Origin: Escherichia phage vB_EcoM_G37-3
DNA: 64,000 bases
Sequence record: MK327941.1
Strand: one strand, 5' to 3'
Shown in pieces: positions 10,202-19,169 of the stretch. Each line of letters begins with the position of its first letter. Positions within the stretch are counted from its first letter, which is position 1. The notes beneath the pieces are model-generated. The model searched no databases and was not told the DNA's origin. It was given only the letters and a program-made list of their open reading frames with translations. Position numbers and translations under genes: made by a program.

Positions 10202-10711
10202 TTTGATTAAATCATCACATTGTTTGCGTAGTTTATAGCGATACTGTTTTGATTGTAGCAATTGAAGTTTTTCATAATCCCCTTCCTCATATGCAGCCGA
10301 AAGATCATCTTGATATGCTGCTTCCGTCCCGATTACACATACTCCAAATTTTCTACGACGGTCGGCATCTTCCATTGCTTTGCGATTCATTTCTTCAATT
10401 GAATTTTCATGACCATAATAATATTCGTAAATGCGTTTCTTCTCTGCTTCTTTATCTGCCTTAATCTTTGCGATCTGTTCTGCTGATTCCGGTTGACGAC
10501 CTAAACGCTGTAATGAGGCGTCTTTCTTTTCAAGGTAGTCAATCACGCAATCTTCAACGCTATTAAATGGAAAACGTGACTCTTTCTGCCATCGTTCACA
10601 TGACCGTACAAACTCGTGTGTATTCTTAGATGCAAGTGCCAGATCATGCACAGCGCACCCATTAAGCATAGCCACTAAAGCCGCAAGACCAATCAGTTTA
10701 ATCATTTTCAT
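10199..10711 (-). CDS. putative lipoprotein (170 aa)
   Basis: signal peptide with lipobox LNGC (MKMIKLIGLAALVAMLNGC). Confidence 0.6.
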   Translation of the reverse strand: MKMIKLIGLAALVAMLNGCAVHDLALASKNTHEFVRSCERWQKESRFPFNSVEDCVIDYLEKKDASLQRLGRQPESAEQIAKIKADKEAEKKRIYEYYYGHENSIEEMNRKAMEDADRRRKFGVCVIGTEAAYQDDLSAAYEEGDYEKLQLLQSKQYRYKLRKQCDDLIK

Positions 10712-11532
10712 TTAGTCACCTCACCGAAAATTGTAAATTGTCTACGATTCTCATCGCCGAAAGATTCTACTACGTCGTTTACCTTGACGCAAGTCCCGCG
10801 CGGTAAAATTACTTCACATTCGCAAGGGTTCCATGCAATTGACCCAACAACAAAACCTTTATGATCTTTTACGTCAATTACCCATGATACATTACAAGAA
10901 TGTTGCATCTTTCCGGTCATTGATTCATATCGATTCTCACAATAAAGGCTAGTGCTGTTTGATAGCCATCCTCCAAAGATGATTGGTGTCATGCTGGTAG
11001 ATACAAAGTTTTTAAAGGTAAACTCCTTATCTTCAATGATACGCTCTATTGTCTGAATGTCAAGATGTTGACCGCGATAAAGAGTACCGTTTAACTTTTC
11101 GGTTTTATCCATGACGCAATCCATCAAATCGACAATCTCTGATATCTCATCGGTCATGTCTTCTTCCCCTAAGAGAGCACCATTTACCCATTCGTATTGT
11201 TCAGACACATAATCACAGATTGCATTATATTCTGCTGGGGTTATGTTGTTATGTTTGTAATGTTTGAATACATTATCTCCAAAGTCTTCGGAGTGTACTT
11301 CATACATCACATTAATGATTTTCTTGACAAATCCATAATCTTGTGTCTCACGCTCAAGGAAGCGGATAACCTTCACATAATCATCAAAGTTAATCTGATC
11401 GCTAATCATCTCAGTGATCATGTAACCATTAATCCCCTCAATGTCATATGTTTCAATATAATTGTCCATACGTTCCATCATTGATTCGCGTGATTCTTCC
11501 GAAAGACGAAAATCCTGTAATTTCTTGAACAT
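10708..11532 (-). CDS. ADP-ribosyltransferase, Alt/Mod-like (274 aa)
   Basis: R-S-E motifs: LYRG, FVSTS, CECEVILPRG; paralogous to C-terminus of Alt. Confidence 0.7.
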   Translation of the reverse strand: MFKKLQDFRLSEESRESMMERMDNYIETYDIEGINGYMITEMISDQINFDDYVKVIRFLERETQDYGFVKKIINVMYEVHSEDFGDNVFKHYKHNNITPAEYNAICDYVSEQYEWVNGALLGEEDMTDEISEIVDLMDCVMDKTEKLNGTLYRGQHLDIQTIERIIEDKEFTFKNFVSTSMTPIIFGGWLSNSTSLYCENRYESMTGKMQHSCNVSWVIDVKDHKGFVVGSIAWNPCECEVILPRGTCVKVNDVVESFGDENRRQFTIFGEVTK

Positions 11533-11566
11533 TTTAAACCTCCCATATAACAGAAAACGGGGCTAG

Positions 11567-11594
11567 TATAAAACTAGTCCCCGTTTGAGTCAAC
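11567..11594 (-). terminator. terminator-like hairpin downstream of the ART gene
   Basis: ACGGGGCTAGT-ATAAAA-CTAGTCCCCGT with flanking T run on minus strand. Confidence 0.4.
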
Positions 11595-11610
11595 CATTAT
11601 TTCTTAAAAA

Positions 11611-13662
11611 TTACATTTTAAATTTATCTGGCATTGCGTCTACAGATACCAGATCAGCGATAAGCTGACGTAGAGTTGCCTTATCTGCTTTCTTACGTTC
11701 GGTTTTAGCTTCGCTAATGAAGCTGGAGAAAGACAGGTCAGAAGCAGGTTTAACAACACCTTCACGGATGAATGCATCGCCGTCCGCGATCATCTCGCCA
11801 GATTCTTGTAATGCTGCCAGTTCATTTTTGTTCATAATATGTGCCTCAATGTAATAAGTTTCTTGTGAATCCGTCGATGCCGTAGCACGAGTTACCGTAT
11901 CAAAGGATAACACAACACCGCGAGGAAGTAAAATCTCGCATTCTTTGTAAGCAAATGCTTTGTTACCTACTGGCAAGACAGGGATGTTTTCCGCGCCAGC
12001 AATGGAGAAAGCAACATTAGCGCCACCTTCACCGCGAGAGCCAGCCATAGAATCAACACCAGCAACGGCACTAGCCACGTTTGCATTCCAGCCGCCAAAA
12101 ATGTTAGGTGCAAGGGAAGTGCTCACATAGTTTTTAAAGTAAAACGCTTTTTGCTTACGTGCAGTTTCCCACATTTGCGACCGGAAGTCCATACCACGAT
12201 ACAGAATAGTACCAGGATCAAGTTTAACGCCATAGTTAGAGAAGGCATTATCCAGTGCATCGCACATCTTGACCAATTCTTCTGGATCTGCGATTCCCTC
12301 AAACTCTTCCAGCTTACGGTCGGTTAGGAAGTTGTTCATATTGATGTATGCTGCATCGGCATATTCGCTCAACACAAAACCTTCCGCGCCTGGTAGATCA
12401 AGATCAATATCTGCCATCATTTCACCCATGTTGCTAGCAATTGCTTCAAACATACCGGAAGCAACATTACGTAGGGCATCGGTTTTAATCTGGGTGATAT
12501 GACTACGCAGCATTTCAGCTTTTACATCTGCTGGCATAGACTGGTCTACTCGATCCATTGCCAGGGCGGTGATCTTGTTTTCGAATACTTCCTCGCTCAT
12601 GATTTCTTTTAAGCGTTTGATTGATGCTGCGATAACTTCCGCAGACAATGGATCATATTGATCCTGAACTTTTACCAGTTCGCTTACTGCGTATTTTGCA
12701 TCGGCTTCGCTTTCAAAAATAGTACGCATGAAACCATAGCGAGTGATAATATCACTTGTCCAGTCATTCAGAGAACGGGCGGTTGAACGTTCTAAGGCTT
12801 GACGATCAATCAGAGTATTAAACTGTTTCTTAGGTTCGGCTTCGGTGATATCTTCTTCCGGTTTAAGATTAATTTTTTCTGGATGATTCACATAGTCGCT
12901 GTTATAGGTCGCTTGAGTTTTCAGCATTTCTTCTTTAGTCAAACGAGATTTAGCCGCTACGCGTTGTTCCGCTTCCGCGTTTCGTTCTTCTTCTGACACC
13001 AGACTAGCCGCATACGCCTCATCTTTAGTCAGAGATTCACCAGTAGCCTTAGATACCCAGCGATCACCTAAATCACTTTCTACTTTAGTGAACAAGGAAT
13101 CATCAAGTTTAATCCCTTTAATCTTATCAATCGCCATACCGCGACGCTTGACAACAACTAAAGCGATCTTTTTGCTGGTCATTACTTCCTGCTGGAATAC
13201 TTCAAACTTCGGTGTACGACGCACCAAACGCTCTATAACGCGCTTAACCAGTTCGGTCTTACCTTTCATGCGGGATACGTTAAAACGGAACATAACAGCG
13301 TCTAATTGCGCTTTACGGGCTGTTTCCATAACCACATCAAAAGCACTTGCCATAACTGCAATCGGGTTATCGCCTAGACCATTTTTAAGCTGTACAATAC
13401 GACCGCTTTTGTTCATTTCGCACAGTACAACATGCGCTGTCTTGTCACCCATACGAATGATTTTAGGTGTTTTGTTGGTGAAGTTACAAAGACGGACAAT
13501 CACATCTTTATCGCGTGTCTGTACTGCAAAAAGCTGTTTAGGATTCTGCTTAGGCTTTAAGCACTGTACCGGAGCAATACTACCAAAGTTTTCTTCCTCT
13601 TCCGTCAACAGCCATTTCTCGAAAGATTCAATCATTAGGTCGTCGATTTCTAAGTTAAACAT
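11611..13662 (-). CDS. alt: ADP-ribosyltransferase Alt
   Basis: 683 aa (T4 Alt about 682 aa); ILYRG, YVSTS, ECEILLPRG motifs. Confidence 0.9.
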   Translation of the reverse strand: MFNLEIDDLMIESFEKWLLTEEEENFGSIAPVQCLKPKQNPKQLFAVQTRDKDVIVRLCNFTNKTPKIIRMGDKTAHVVLCEMNKSGRIVQLKNGLGDNPIAVMASAFDVVMETARKAQLDAVMFRFNVSRMKGKTELVKRVIERLVRRTPKFEVFQQEVMTSKKIALVVVKRRGMAIDKIKGIKLDDSLFTKVESDLGDRWVSKATGESLTKDEAYAASLVSEEERNAEAEQRVAAKSRLTKEEMLKTQATYNSDYVNHPEKINLKPEEDITEAEPKKQFNTLIDRQALERSTARSLNDWTSDIITRYGFMRTIFESEADAKYAVSELVKVQDQYDPLSAEVIAASIKRLKEIMSEEVFENKITALAMDRVDQSMPADVKAEMLRSHITQIKTDALRNVASGMFEAIASNMGEMMADIDLDLPGAEGFVLSEYADAAYINMNNFLTDRKLEEFEGIADPEELVKMCDALDNAFSNYGVKLDPGTILYRGMDFRSQMWETARKQKAFYFKNYVSTSLAPNIFGGWNANVASAVAGVDSMAGSRGEGGANVAFSIAGAENIPVLPVGNKAFAYKECEILLPRGVVLSFDTVTRATASTDSQETYYIEAHIMNKNELAALQESGEMIADGDAFIREGVVKPASDLSFSSFISEAKTERKKADKATLRQLIADLVSVDAMPDKFKM

Positions 13663-13702
13663 TTTATATCCTCTAGTTGATAACCTATAAACCTATATTT
13701 AT

Positions 13703-13730
13703 GAAAACGGGGCTTAACGCCCCCTTTTTA
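13703..13730. terminator. terminator-like hairpin between small early gene and alt
   Basis: GGGGC-TTAAC-GCCCC followed by CTTTTTA. Confidence 0.45.
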
Positions 13731-13943
13731 TTATAATGCACCATCGAGCAATTGCTCTAAGGTGTATCCTGAATAGTCTTTTTCAATCAGGATATATTTT
13801 CCTACTCGTTTAATACAACCGCGCATTTCAACATATTCTGCGTAGTTGATGGTGCGAGTTGTTCCATCTTCTAGCAAAGCAGTACCGATTTCGTTAATGC
13901 GGTCATAAGTTACGTAGGTAATGATGATTTCGATGTTAGCCAT
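13731..13943 (-). CDS. small early protein (70 aa)
   Basis: True start MANIEIII at 13943 with AAGGAG; the longer track ORF reads through the promoter. Confidence 0.6.
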   Translation of the reverse strand: MANIEIIITYVTYDRINEIGTALLEDGTTRTINYAEYVEMRGCIKRVGKYILIEKDYSGYTLEQLLDGAL

Positions 13944-13977
13944 TTGATACTCCTTAGTAGTTCGTTTCGGTATGTGT

Positions 13978-14006
13978 ATTATAGGGGATCGATGATCCCC
14001 TGTCAA
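13978..14006 (-). promoter_or_regulatory. early sigma70-type promoter cassette (PeSL-like, palindromic spacer)
   Basis: minus strand TTGACA-GGGGATCATCGATCCCC-TATAAT, AT-rich UP region. Confidence 0.6.
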
Positions 14007-14014
14007 CAACTTTT

Positions 14015-14533
14015 TTAGTTATTTTTTAATTGCTCATCTTGCAATAGGGCAATCACATGCTGGCGATGTTCTTCCGATTGAGGCACACCGAAAAAGTTTG
14101 TTTTGTAGAAATACTCTAATCGGTCTTCTCGTGTGCTCTCTTCCATCATGATCGCGGGTAGTCCGAGATTTCGGAAACGTCGCTTTTCTGCTGGCGTAAA
14201 ATCACTGTAATACAACATAGAATCATCATTACCAGCAATGCTAAACTCATCTTTCATAAAGGAGAATATTGCGTTTAAACGCTGTTTACCGTCCACGATT
14301 TCGATCTCATAGCGAGAGCCATCATCAATCTTAGCCATTGCGATAGCACCAACCGGAAAATCATTAATCAGGTTTTCGATAAACATACGTTTGTTTTCGG
14401 TGTCCCATACCAAAGGACGCTGATAATCTGGGTTCATGTTGATATATCCATCTTCTAACCACGCCTCATAAACAGAGATGACAAAGTTTTTAGTATTGGT
14501 ATAGTAACGGCGTTTAGGCGTTAAACGGTTCAT
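14015..14533 (-). CDS. DUF262 / ParB-like nuclease domain protein (172 aa)
   Basis: PDYQRPLVW and IVDGKQRL (DGQQR-type) motifs; start MNRL at 14533 with AGGAG; last gene of 5-gene operon. Confidence 0.7.
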   Translation of the reverse strand: MNRLTPKRRYYTNTKNFVISVYEAWLEDGYINMNPDYQRPLVWDTENKRMFIENLINDFPVGAIAMAKIDDGSRYEIEIVDGKQRLNAIFSFMKDEFSIAGNDDSMLYYSDFTPAEKRRFRNLGLPAIMMEESTREDRLEYFYKTNFFGVPQSEEHRQHVIALLQDEQLKNN

Positions 14534-14534
14534 G

Positions 14535-14867
14535 TTATAGTCTCCTGAATGGATCATCACGTAAATCAATATCTTTTAAGAACTCATCCCATGAATGGCG
14601 GATATTGTTCTTAATTCTCCAGATAAGCGCAGGGATTGAACGCTCTCCCATCTGGAAGTATGGATCATATGATCCGTATGCCCAATATGCTACTACAATT
14701 CCACAATCAGAGCAATAGTATTCTATTTCACTTGCTGGCGACCAAAGTCCATCAATATGATCGGTGATCTTGCTTTCGATGTTATGGCTATGACAATCAG
14801 GGCAACGGATGCAATGACCTTGTTTATCGTAATTTGACGTTAGCGAATACTTAAACAATCTCATCAT
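14535..14867 (-). CDS. zinc-ribbon-like Cys-rich protein (110 aa)
   Basis: CIRCPDC ... CSDCG; translationally coupled to neighbours. Confidence 0.6.
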   Translation of the reverse strand: MMRLFKYSLTSNYDKQGHCIRCPDCHSHNIESKITDHIDGLWSPASEIEYYCSDCGIVVAYWAYGSYDPYFQMGERSIPALIWRIKNNIRHSWDEFLKDIDLRDDPFRRL

Positions 14868-15580
14868 AGATCCTTATTGGCTTCAAATACTGCCTTTGCG
14901 AATCCTCGCGGGGTAAGTGACCTTATAGTCTTTGTTTTCGTTCCTTTCCCGCCTAGCTTAGAATGCTGTTTACTGTACCCTTTATTAATCTGCAAAGGTT
15001 TCTTTTCTGGCATCATAAAGCCTTGTCCGGTCCATAAGCAAGTCTTTTTCGGGTACATATCACGGGCGGCAATATACTCAGGAAACGTAGGATGCTTATC
15101 ATCTTCCGGCAAATAACCGCCATATTCCCACGGATGAAACATATAATCAGGCTTACGCCACATGCTAGAGATAACGCTTACAGGATTCTCTATCATGTAG
15201 GGAACTCCTAGCCATTCACCCAAATAAGCGGTTATTTTAGCTGCCCGTACATCATGAACTTGAATCAATGGTCCTTGTTCTCGTTTCTTTCGTTCAAAGT
15301 GCGCAGCGCCACTAACAGCTAAATTGGTGCACGGTGGGAATGCAAAGATAATATCCGGTTTCCCCCATTCAAGGTCCATTGCTCTTTCCAGCCAGTTCAA
15401 ATCAATCCATGTGTTTACATAGGTAATGTTTGGATGTTCAAATCTGGTATTATACTTTTTGTATGTGCCGTGGTCGCCATCATCAGCATTAAAGCAGATC
15501 ACCTTATGACCTGCTTTAGCCCATTCTAGCCCCATTATCCCCGATCCGTCAAAGTTACAGAATATTAATTTTTGTTTCAT
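14864..15580 (-). CDS. compact C5-cytosine methyltransferase-like protein (238 aa)
   Basis: motif I-like FDGSGIMG, motif IV-like FPPCTNLAVSG (Pro-Cys nucleophile), motif VI-like ENP; no large target-recognition domain. Confidence 0.55.
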   Translation of the reverse strand: MKQKLIFCNFDGSGIMGLEWAKAGHKVICFNADDGDHGTYKKYNTRFEHPNITYVNTWIDLNWLERAMDLEWGKPDIIFAFPPCTNLAVSGAAHFERKKREQGPLIQVHDVRAAKITAYLGEWLGVPYMIENPVSVISSMWRKPDYMFHPWEYGGYLPEDDKHPTFPEYIAARDMYPKKTCLWTGQGFMMPEKKPLQINKGYSKQHSKLGGKGTKTKTIRSLTPRGFAKAVFEANKDL

Positions 15581-15822
15581 ATACGCCCCTTTAATCCAAC
15601 ACAGATTTTAGAAGGTTCTTTGCCGTGCCACATTAAGTAAAGTCCGTTAATGCGGCCTTGTTTTGTATATGATTCTTTTCTGATCTTCTTATAGTGTCGT
15701 GTTTCCTCAGCCGATTGTTTAGAATACCAATCATAAAGGAAGATGAACAAAGGCCACCCATTAGCGGCCTTAATGCAGTTATTCAAAAATTCCTTATTGC
15801 GTTTAATTAATTTTCTTTTCAC
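15577..15822 (-). CDS. hypothetical protein (81 aa)
   Basis: ORF with 4-nt overlaps to both neighbours. Confidence 0.55.
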   Translation of the reverse strand: MKRKLIKRNKEFLNNCIKAANGWPLFIFLYDWYSKQSAEETRHYKKIRKESYTKQGRINGLYLMWHGKEPSKICVGLKGRI

Positions 15823-16070
15823 GCTGCCCCCATTGGTTTGATAGTAACAGAATCTAAAAGACCTTTGTTAGCCAGTTCGCGGCAAGTTTTCAGATCCGCA
15901 ACTTCCCAACCAGCCGCAATCAGGTTATCAATCAGGCTGTTAGCAACTTCTTCGCTCATGAAAGAGCACTGTTTGCCGATGGTGTAGCGTACACGCTGTA
16001 ATTTCAGTTTACGGAAGCCTTTAACGTTCAGGTCTTTAGCGATTTTCTTTGCGGTTTCGATGTTAGCCAT
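15819..16070 (-). CDS. hypothetical protein (83 aa), first gene of operon
   Basis: ORF immediately downstream of promoter cassette. Confidence 0.6.
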   Translation of the reverse strand: MANIETAKKIAKDLNVKGFRKLKLQRVRYTIGKQCSFMSEEVANSLIDNLIAAGWEVADLKTCRELANKGLLDSVTIKPMGAA

Positions 16071-16110
16071 TGTTTGATTCTCCTAAGTGGTATCTCGTCT
16101 TGATGGTTGT

Positions 16111-16139
16111 ATTGTAGGGGAGTTATCCTCCCCTGTCAA
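16111..16139 (-). promoter_or_regulatory. early promoter cassette (PeSL-like)
   Basis: TTGACA-GGGGAGGATAACTCCCC-TACAAT on minus strand. Confidence 0.55.
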
Positions 16140-16153
16140 CACTTTTTATAAAA

Positions 16154-16321
16154 TTATTTGTTAATTTCTGGTGCGTTGCTAGGATAGTAACCTTCTTTAA
16201 CACCCAGATATTTTGCAACCATCCCTACAATCTTCTGTGCTACTACAATGTCAAATTTCAGATAATCTTCGCCGTGGGTTTCAATGATATATGCTTCACA
16301 TGCTGCTTTAGTCTCGAACAT
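16154..16321 (-). CDS. small protein (55 aa), copy 1 of duplicated gene; not in ORF track
   Basis: GGAGAATCAAA-ATG; MFETKAACEAYIIETHGEDYLKFDIVVAQKIVGMVAKYLGVKEGYYPSNAPEINK. Confidence 0.55.
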   Translation of the reverse strand: MFETKAACEAYIIETHGEDYLKFDIVVAQKIVGMVAKYLGVKEGYYPSNAPEINK

Positions 16322-16354
16322 TTTGATTCTCCTATTTCGTTTCGTTATGTGTGT

Positions 16355-16383
16355 ATTATAGGGGATCTCCCGATCCCCGTCAA
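16355..16383 (-). promoter_or_regulatory. early promoter cassette (PeSL-like)
   Basis: TTGACG-GGGATCGGGAGATCCCC-TATAAT. Confidence 0.6.
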
Positions 16384-16397
16384 CAACTTTTTTAAAA

Positions 16398-16679
16398 TTA
16401 TTCGTGATTAGTTTCGATGTTGTGCATTTTGCACCAGTTCAGCCAATCACCCAGATCCTGATAGTTAATGCTTTTATCTGCTGCCATCGTTTTTGTCTTG
16501 ATACCCATATGTGCGTTATGAGTAAGCATTTTTACAGTGAACTCAATTTTATCACCTTTAGCTTTAACATCAACCAGTTTGGTCCACTGGCTACCAGCGC
16601 CGCGAATGTTCATACCAACGATGTTTCCGATGTATGCTTCTTTGTTTTTCAGGATTTCGGTTGCTTTGATGAATTTCAT
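16398..16679 (-). CDS. hypothetical protein (93 aa)
   Basis: ORF with conserved leader and GGAG. Confidence 0.6.
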   Translation of the reverse strand: MKFIKATEILKNKEAYIGNIVGMNIRGAGSQWTKLVDVKAKGDKIEFTVKMLTHNAHMGIKTKTMAADKSINYQDLGDWLNWCKMHNIETNHE

Positions 16680-16749
16680 TTTTGATTCTCCAGTTCGTTT
16701 CGGTATGTGTGTATTATGCTATGTTCTTACTTTGGTGTCAACAACTTTT

Positions 16750-17019
16750 TTAGATATTTTCAGAAATAAATTTTAAAACTTGACGTAAATGTTTCTCATC
16801 TTTGATAGTCGCCGGAAGTTCTTCTTTTACTTCCTGTGCAAGATAGATATTTCCGTTCCAAGTGAAAGATCCGTCTTCGTTTACGCGATAGCTGAACATC
16901 CACTCGCAATCATTTTCGATTTCATATACACACAGAAGGGTGTAATCGTTAAAGCTATTGATTTCAAGGTCGAAGCCGTGACGTTTTGCAAAGTTGGTAG
17001 TGGTTTTAGTCAGAGCCAT
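16750..17019 (-). CDS. hypothetical protein (89 aa)
   Basis: ORF with conserved leader. Confidence 0.6.
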   Translation of the reverse strand: MALTKTTTNFAKRHGFDLEINSFNDYTLLCVYEIENDCEWMFSYRVNEDGSFTWNGNIYLAQEVKEELPATIKDEKHLRQVLKFISENI

Positions 17020-17098
17020 TGTTTGATTCTCCTAAATGGTATCTCGTTTCGATGTGTGTATTATGCTATAGGCCGGATCTGGTGTCAATGCCTTTTTT

Positions 17099-17123
17099 AA
17101 AAAAGCCGACACTAAGGTCGGCT
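17099..17123 (-). terminator. rho-independent terminator downstream of 17131 gene
   Basis: AGCCGAC-CTTAGT-GTCGGCT then TTTTTT on minus strand. Confidence 0.5.
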
Positions 17124-17130
17124 AATAAAA

Positions 17131-17439
17131 TCATTTAGACAAGTAATCATTCTGTGCAATACGGTCGGCGTATGCTGGTGTTATGTCAATCGCCAGCACT
17201 TTAACGCGTGCTTTCTTGCGACCTGGGTTTTCTCGTAACCAGTGCTCATGACCGTGAACATTTTTATACTTTGATGCTTCTTCAAATGTACGGATCGGAC
17301 CTGGGTAATCAGCGTAAAGGATCTCTAGGTCTTCGGTGATGTAAAAATATACATCGTAATTACTGTTCTCTAGTTTAAGCAGAGAGTTGCGAAATTGTGG
17401 TAAATTCTCGCGGGTAAATTCAACTACAAGATTTTTCAT
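17131..17439 (-). CDS. small protein family member (102 aa), HxHW / LAxD family
   Basis: YFYITEDL ... HGHEHW ... VLAIDI; paralog of six neighbours. Confidence 0.65.
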   Translation of the reverse strand: MKNLVVEFTRENLPQFRNSLLKLENSNYDVYFYITEDLEILYADYPGPIRTFEEASKYKNVHGHEHWLRENPGRKKARVKVLAIDITPAYADRIAQNDYLSK

Positions 17440-17489
17440 AGTGATATCCTCATTCAGATAGATTAAAAGGGGGCTTAACGCCCCGTATA

Positions 17490-17777
17490 TTAAAACAGTC
17501 CTTCCTGTACACCGTAGTAGAGTTCATCGCTGATAATTTCATTAATGCGACGGTGTGCATATTCCTGATTTGCGAAGTTATCAGCAAGTTCTACTTTAGT
17601 TTCGCCGTCATGAGTCCATTTAGTGATAACTTTACCATCTGCAAATTTGAAGTTGAACTCTTTAGCTACTGCATCGCGTACCAGACGTGCGAACTTGTTG
17701 TTACGGATTGCATTATCGGTTTCGTGTGCAGCGTGAGCGAATTTGTTAACTTTCAGAGTGATAGTAATGTATGCCAT
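17490..17777 (-). CDS. hypothetical protein (95 aa); paralog of 21019..21330
   Basis: shared AxR..VR.A.AKEFN.K motif. Confidence 0.6.
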   Translation of the reverse strand: MAYITITLKVNKFAHAAHETDNAIRNNKFARLVRDAVAKEFNFKFADGKVITKWTHDGETKVELADNFANQEYAHRRINEIISDELYYGVQEGLF

Positions 17778-17823
17778 AATTTGATTCTCCTAGTTAGAAA
17801 GTGTATCTCGTTTCGATGGGGAT

Positions 17824-17852
17824 ATTATGCTATATCCCCGATCCGGTGTCAA
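17824..17852 (-). promoter_or_regulatory. early promoter cassette (PeSL-like)
   Basis: TTGACA, 17-nt spacer, CATAAT. Confidence 0.5.
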
Positions 17853-17858
17853 CACTTT

Positions 17859-18137
17859 TTATAAAATAATTTTTTGATATTTTTCTATGATGTTCGTGTA
17901 AGTCACATCAACCGCTAGCACCGTTGCTTCGAATCCACCGTTTAGCCAATGGCTATGATCATGATCGTGAAAGAAACCTAGACCAGTACGAAGACCTTCT
18001 TTATATTCTGCGCGTACATTCAGTTTGTCGTCGATAAACAGATAAAACCATGAATTTTTACTAGGATTGATGATACAACCTTTCAGATTAGGGAGAATAT
18101 CACGACTAAGAATAAACTTATCACCTACTTTGAGCAT
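17859..18137 (-). CDS. small protein family member (92 aa)
   Basis: start MLKVGD with GAGGAA; FYLFIDDKL ... HDHSHW ... VLAVDV. Confidence 0.6.
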   Translation of the reverse strand: MLKVGDKFILSRDILPNLKGCIINPSKNSWFYLFIDDKLNVRAEYKEGLRTGLGFFHDHDHSHWLNGGFEATVLAVDVTYTNIIEKYQKIIL

Positions 18138-18151
18138 AATATTTTCCTCAC

Positions 18152-18460
18152 TTATAAAGTTTGACCGTTGTTTTTCGCGTAATGCTGAATGCGTGCTTGA
18201 TCTGCTTCCGCTGGTGATAGATTCCATGCGATCACTACAACTTCTGACGCATCATGATCATTATCACTTACCCAATGATTATGATTCATACAATTGTTTG
18301 CTATCGCGTGAGCAAATGATCTCATTACCGGAGACGTATAATCATAGTAACGGATTTTCAGATTTTCATCAACGTACAAGTAGATCGTATACGGCTTATA
18401 TTCAGTAACCAGTAACAGACAGTTACGCAATTCTGGGAAAATCTTTTTAGTTAATTTCAT
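18152..18460 (-). CDS. small protein family member (102 aa)
   Basis: start MKLTKK with GAGGA; YLYVDENL ... NHNHW ... VIAWNL. Confidence 0.6.
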   Translation of the reverse strand: MKLTKKIFPELRNCLLLVTEYKPYTIYLYVDENLKIRYYDYTSPVMRSFAHAIANNCMNHNHWVSDNDHDASEVVVIAWNLSPAEADQARIQHYAKNNGQTL

Positions 18461-18461
18461 T

Positions 18462-18680
18462 TTATAATCCTCGGTCGCGGCTATAGTACACGGTACGCCA
18501 TACAATTTCATGTTTCGTGTCGCTCCAGCACACGATCTCATTTACTCTTAAATCTTTGTTATCAACAAAAGATGAACATTGTGACGCTTCTTTCATCATT
18601 TTATCTGCTGTTTTCTCATCAAATACAGCACAGATTTCTTTATACACTCGATAATCTTTGAATTGACTCTGGATACTCAT
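18462..18680 (-). CDS. hypothetical protein (72 aa); paralog of the next gene
   Basis: SQFKDYRVYKEICAVFDEKTADKMMKEASQCSSF. Confidence 0.55.
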   Translation of the reverse strand: MSIQSQFKDYRVYKEICAVFDEKTADKMMKEASQCSSFVDNKDLRVNEIVCWSDTKHEIVWRTVYYSRDRGL

Positions 18681-18682
18681 AA

Positions 18683-18892
18683 TTAACACCAATCAAGAGT
18701 TTTTGAGAAAACCTCTATCCATTGTTGAGTATATGCGGTTTCTTTCCATGATACAATACCAGTAGAATAATGGTTTTTGTTTCCAGAAAAGGACGGGCAT
18801 TTTGATGCATCTTCCATCATCTTTTCGGCGAACTCTGGTTCGTATACCCGCAAAATCTGTTGATATGCTTTGTATTCTTTAAATTTGCTCAT
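18683..18892 (-). CDS. hypothetical protein (69 aa); paralog of previous gene
   Basis: SKFKEYKAYQQILRVYEPEFAEKMMEDASKCPSF. Confidence 0.55.
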   Translation of the reverse strand: MSKFKEYKAYQQILRVYEPEFAEKMMEDASKCPSFSGNKNHYSTGIVSWKETAYTQQWIEVFSKTLDWC

Positions 18893-19157
18893 AATCATTC
18901 ACTACCTTATCAGCTTCTTTTGTTGTTTTTACATCAACTGCGATAACCCGTAAAGGTTCGTCATGGTTCCACCAATGATCGTGAATATCGGCTTGTGATT
19001 TATCACCAAAGGAATCACGAATATCATTTTTACATTTATAGCTAATGTGACCGTCATAGTCAACATAAAGGTAATTATCGAAAATCGGCGTTTTTAAGAT
19101 CATACCGAAAAATCTTTCTTTGTGTGTCTTATCCAGTGTTGCAGTAATTCGCATCAT
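18879..19157 (-). CDS. small protein family member (92 aa)
   Basis: YLYVDYDGH ... HDHWW ... VIAVDV. Confidence 0.6.
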   Translation of the reverse strand: MMRITATLDKTHKERFFGMILKTPIFDNYLYVDYDGHISYKCKNDIRDSFGDKSQADIHDHWWNHDEPLRVIAVDVKTTKEADKVVNDYEQI

Positions 19158-19169
19158 AATATATTCCTC

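Noticed and set aside
12269-13690. Plus-strand ORFs (12269..12502, 12799..12996, 13088..13690) inside alt
   Set aside because: Antisense to the well-supported alt gene; low-complexity translations; no start signals.
13731-14009. N-terminal extensions such as MLTGDHRSPI (also at 58995..59213 and other small genes) in the ORF track
   Set aside because: They are translations of the palindromic promoter spacer (GGGGATC...GATCCCC). The real starts are the ATGs preceded by GGAG/AAGGAG about 40-60 nt downstream.
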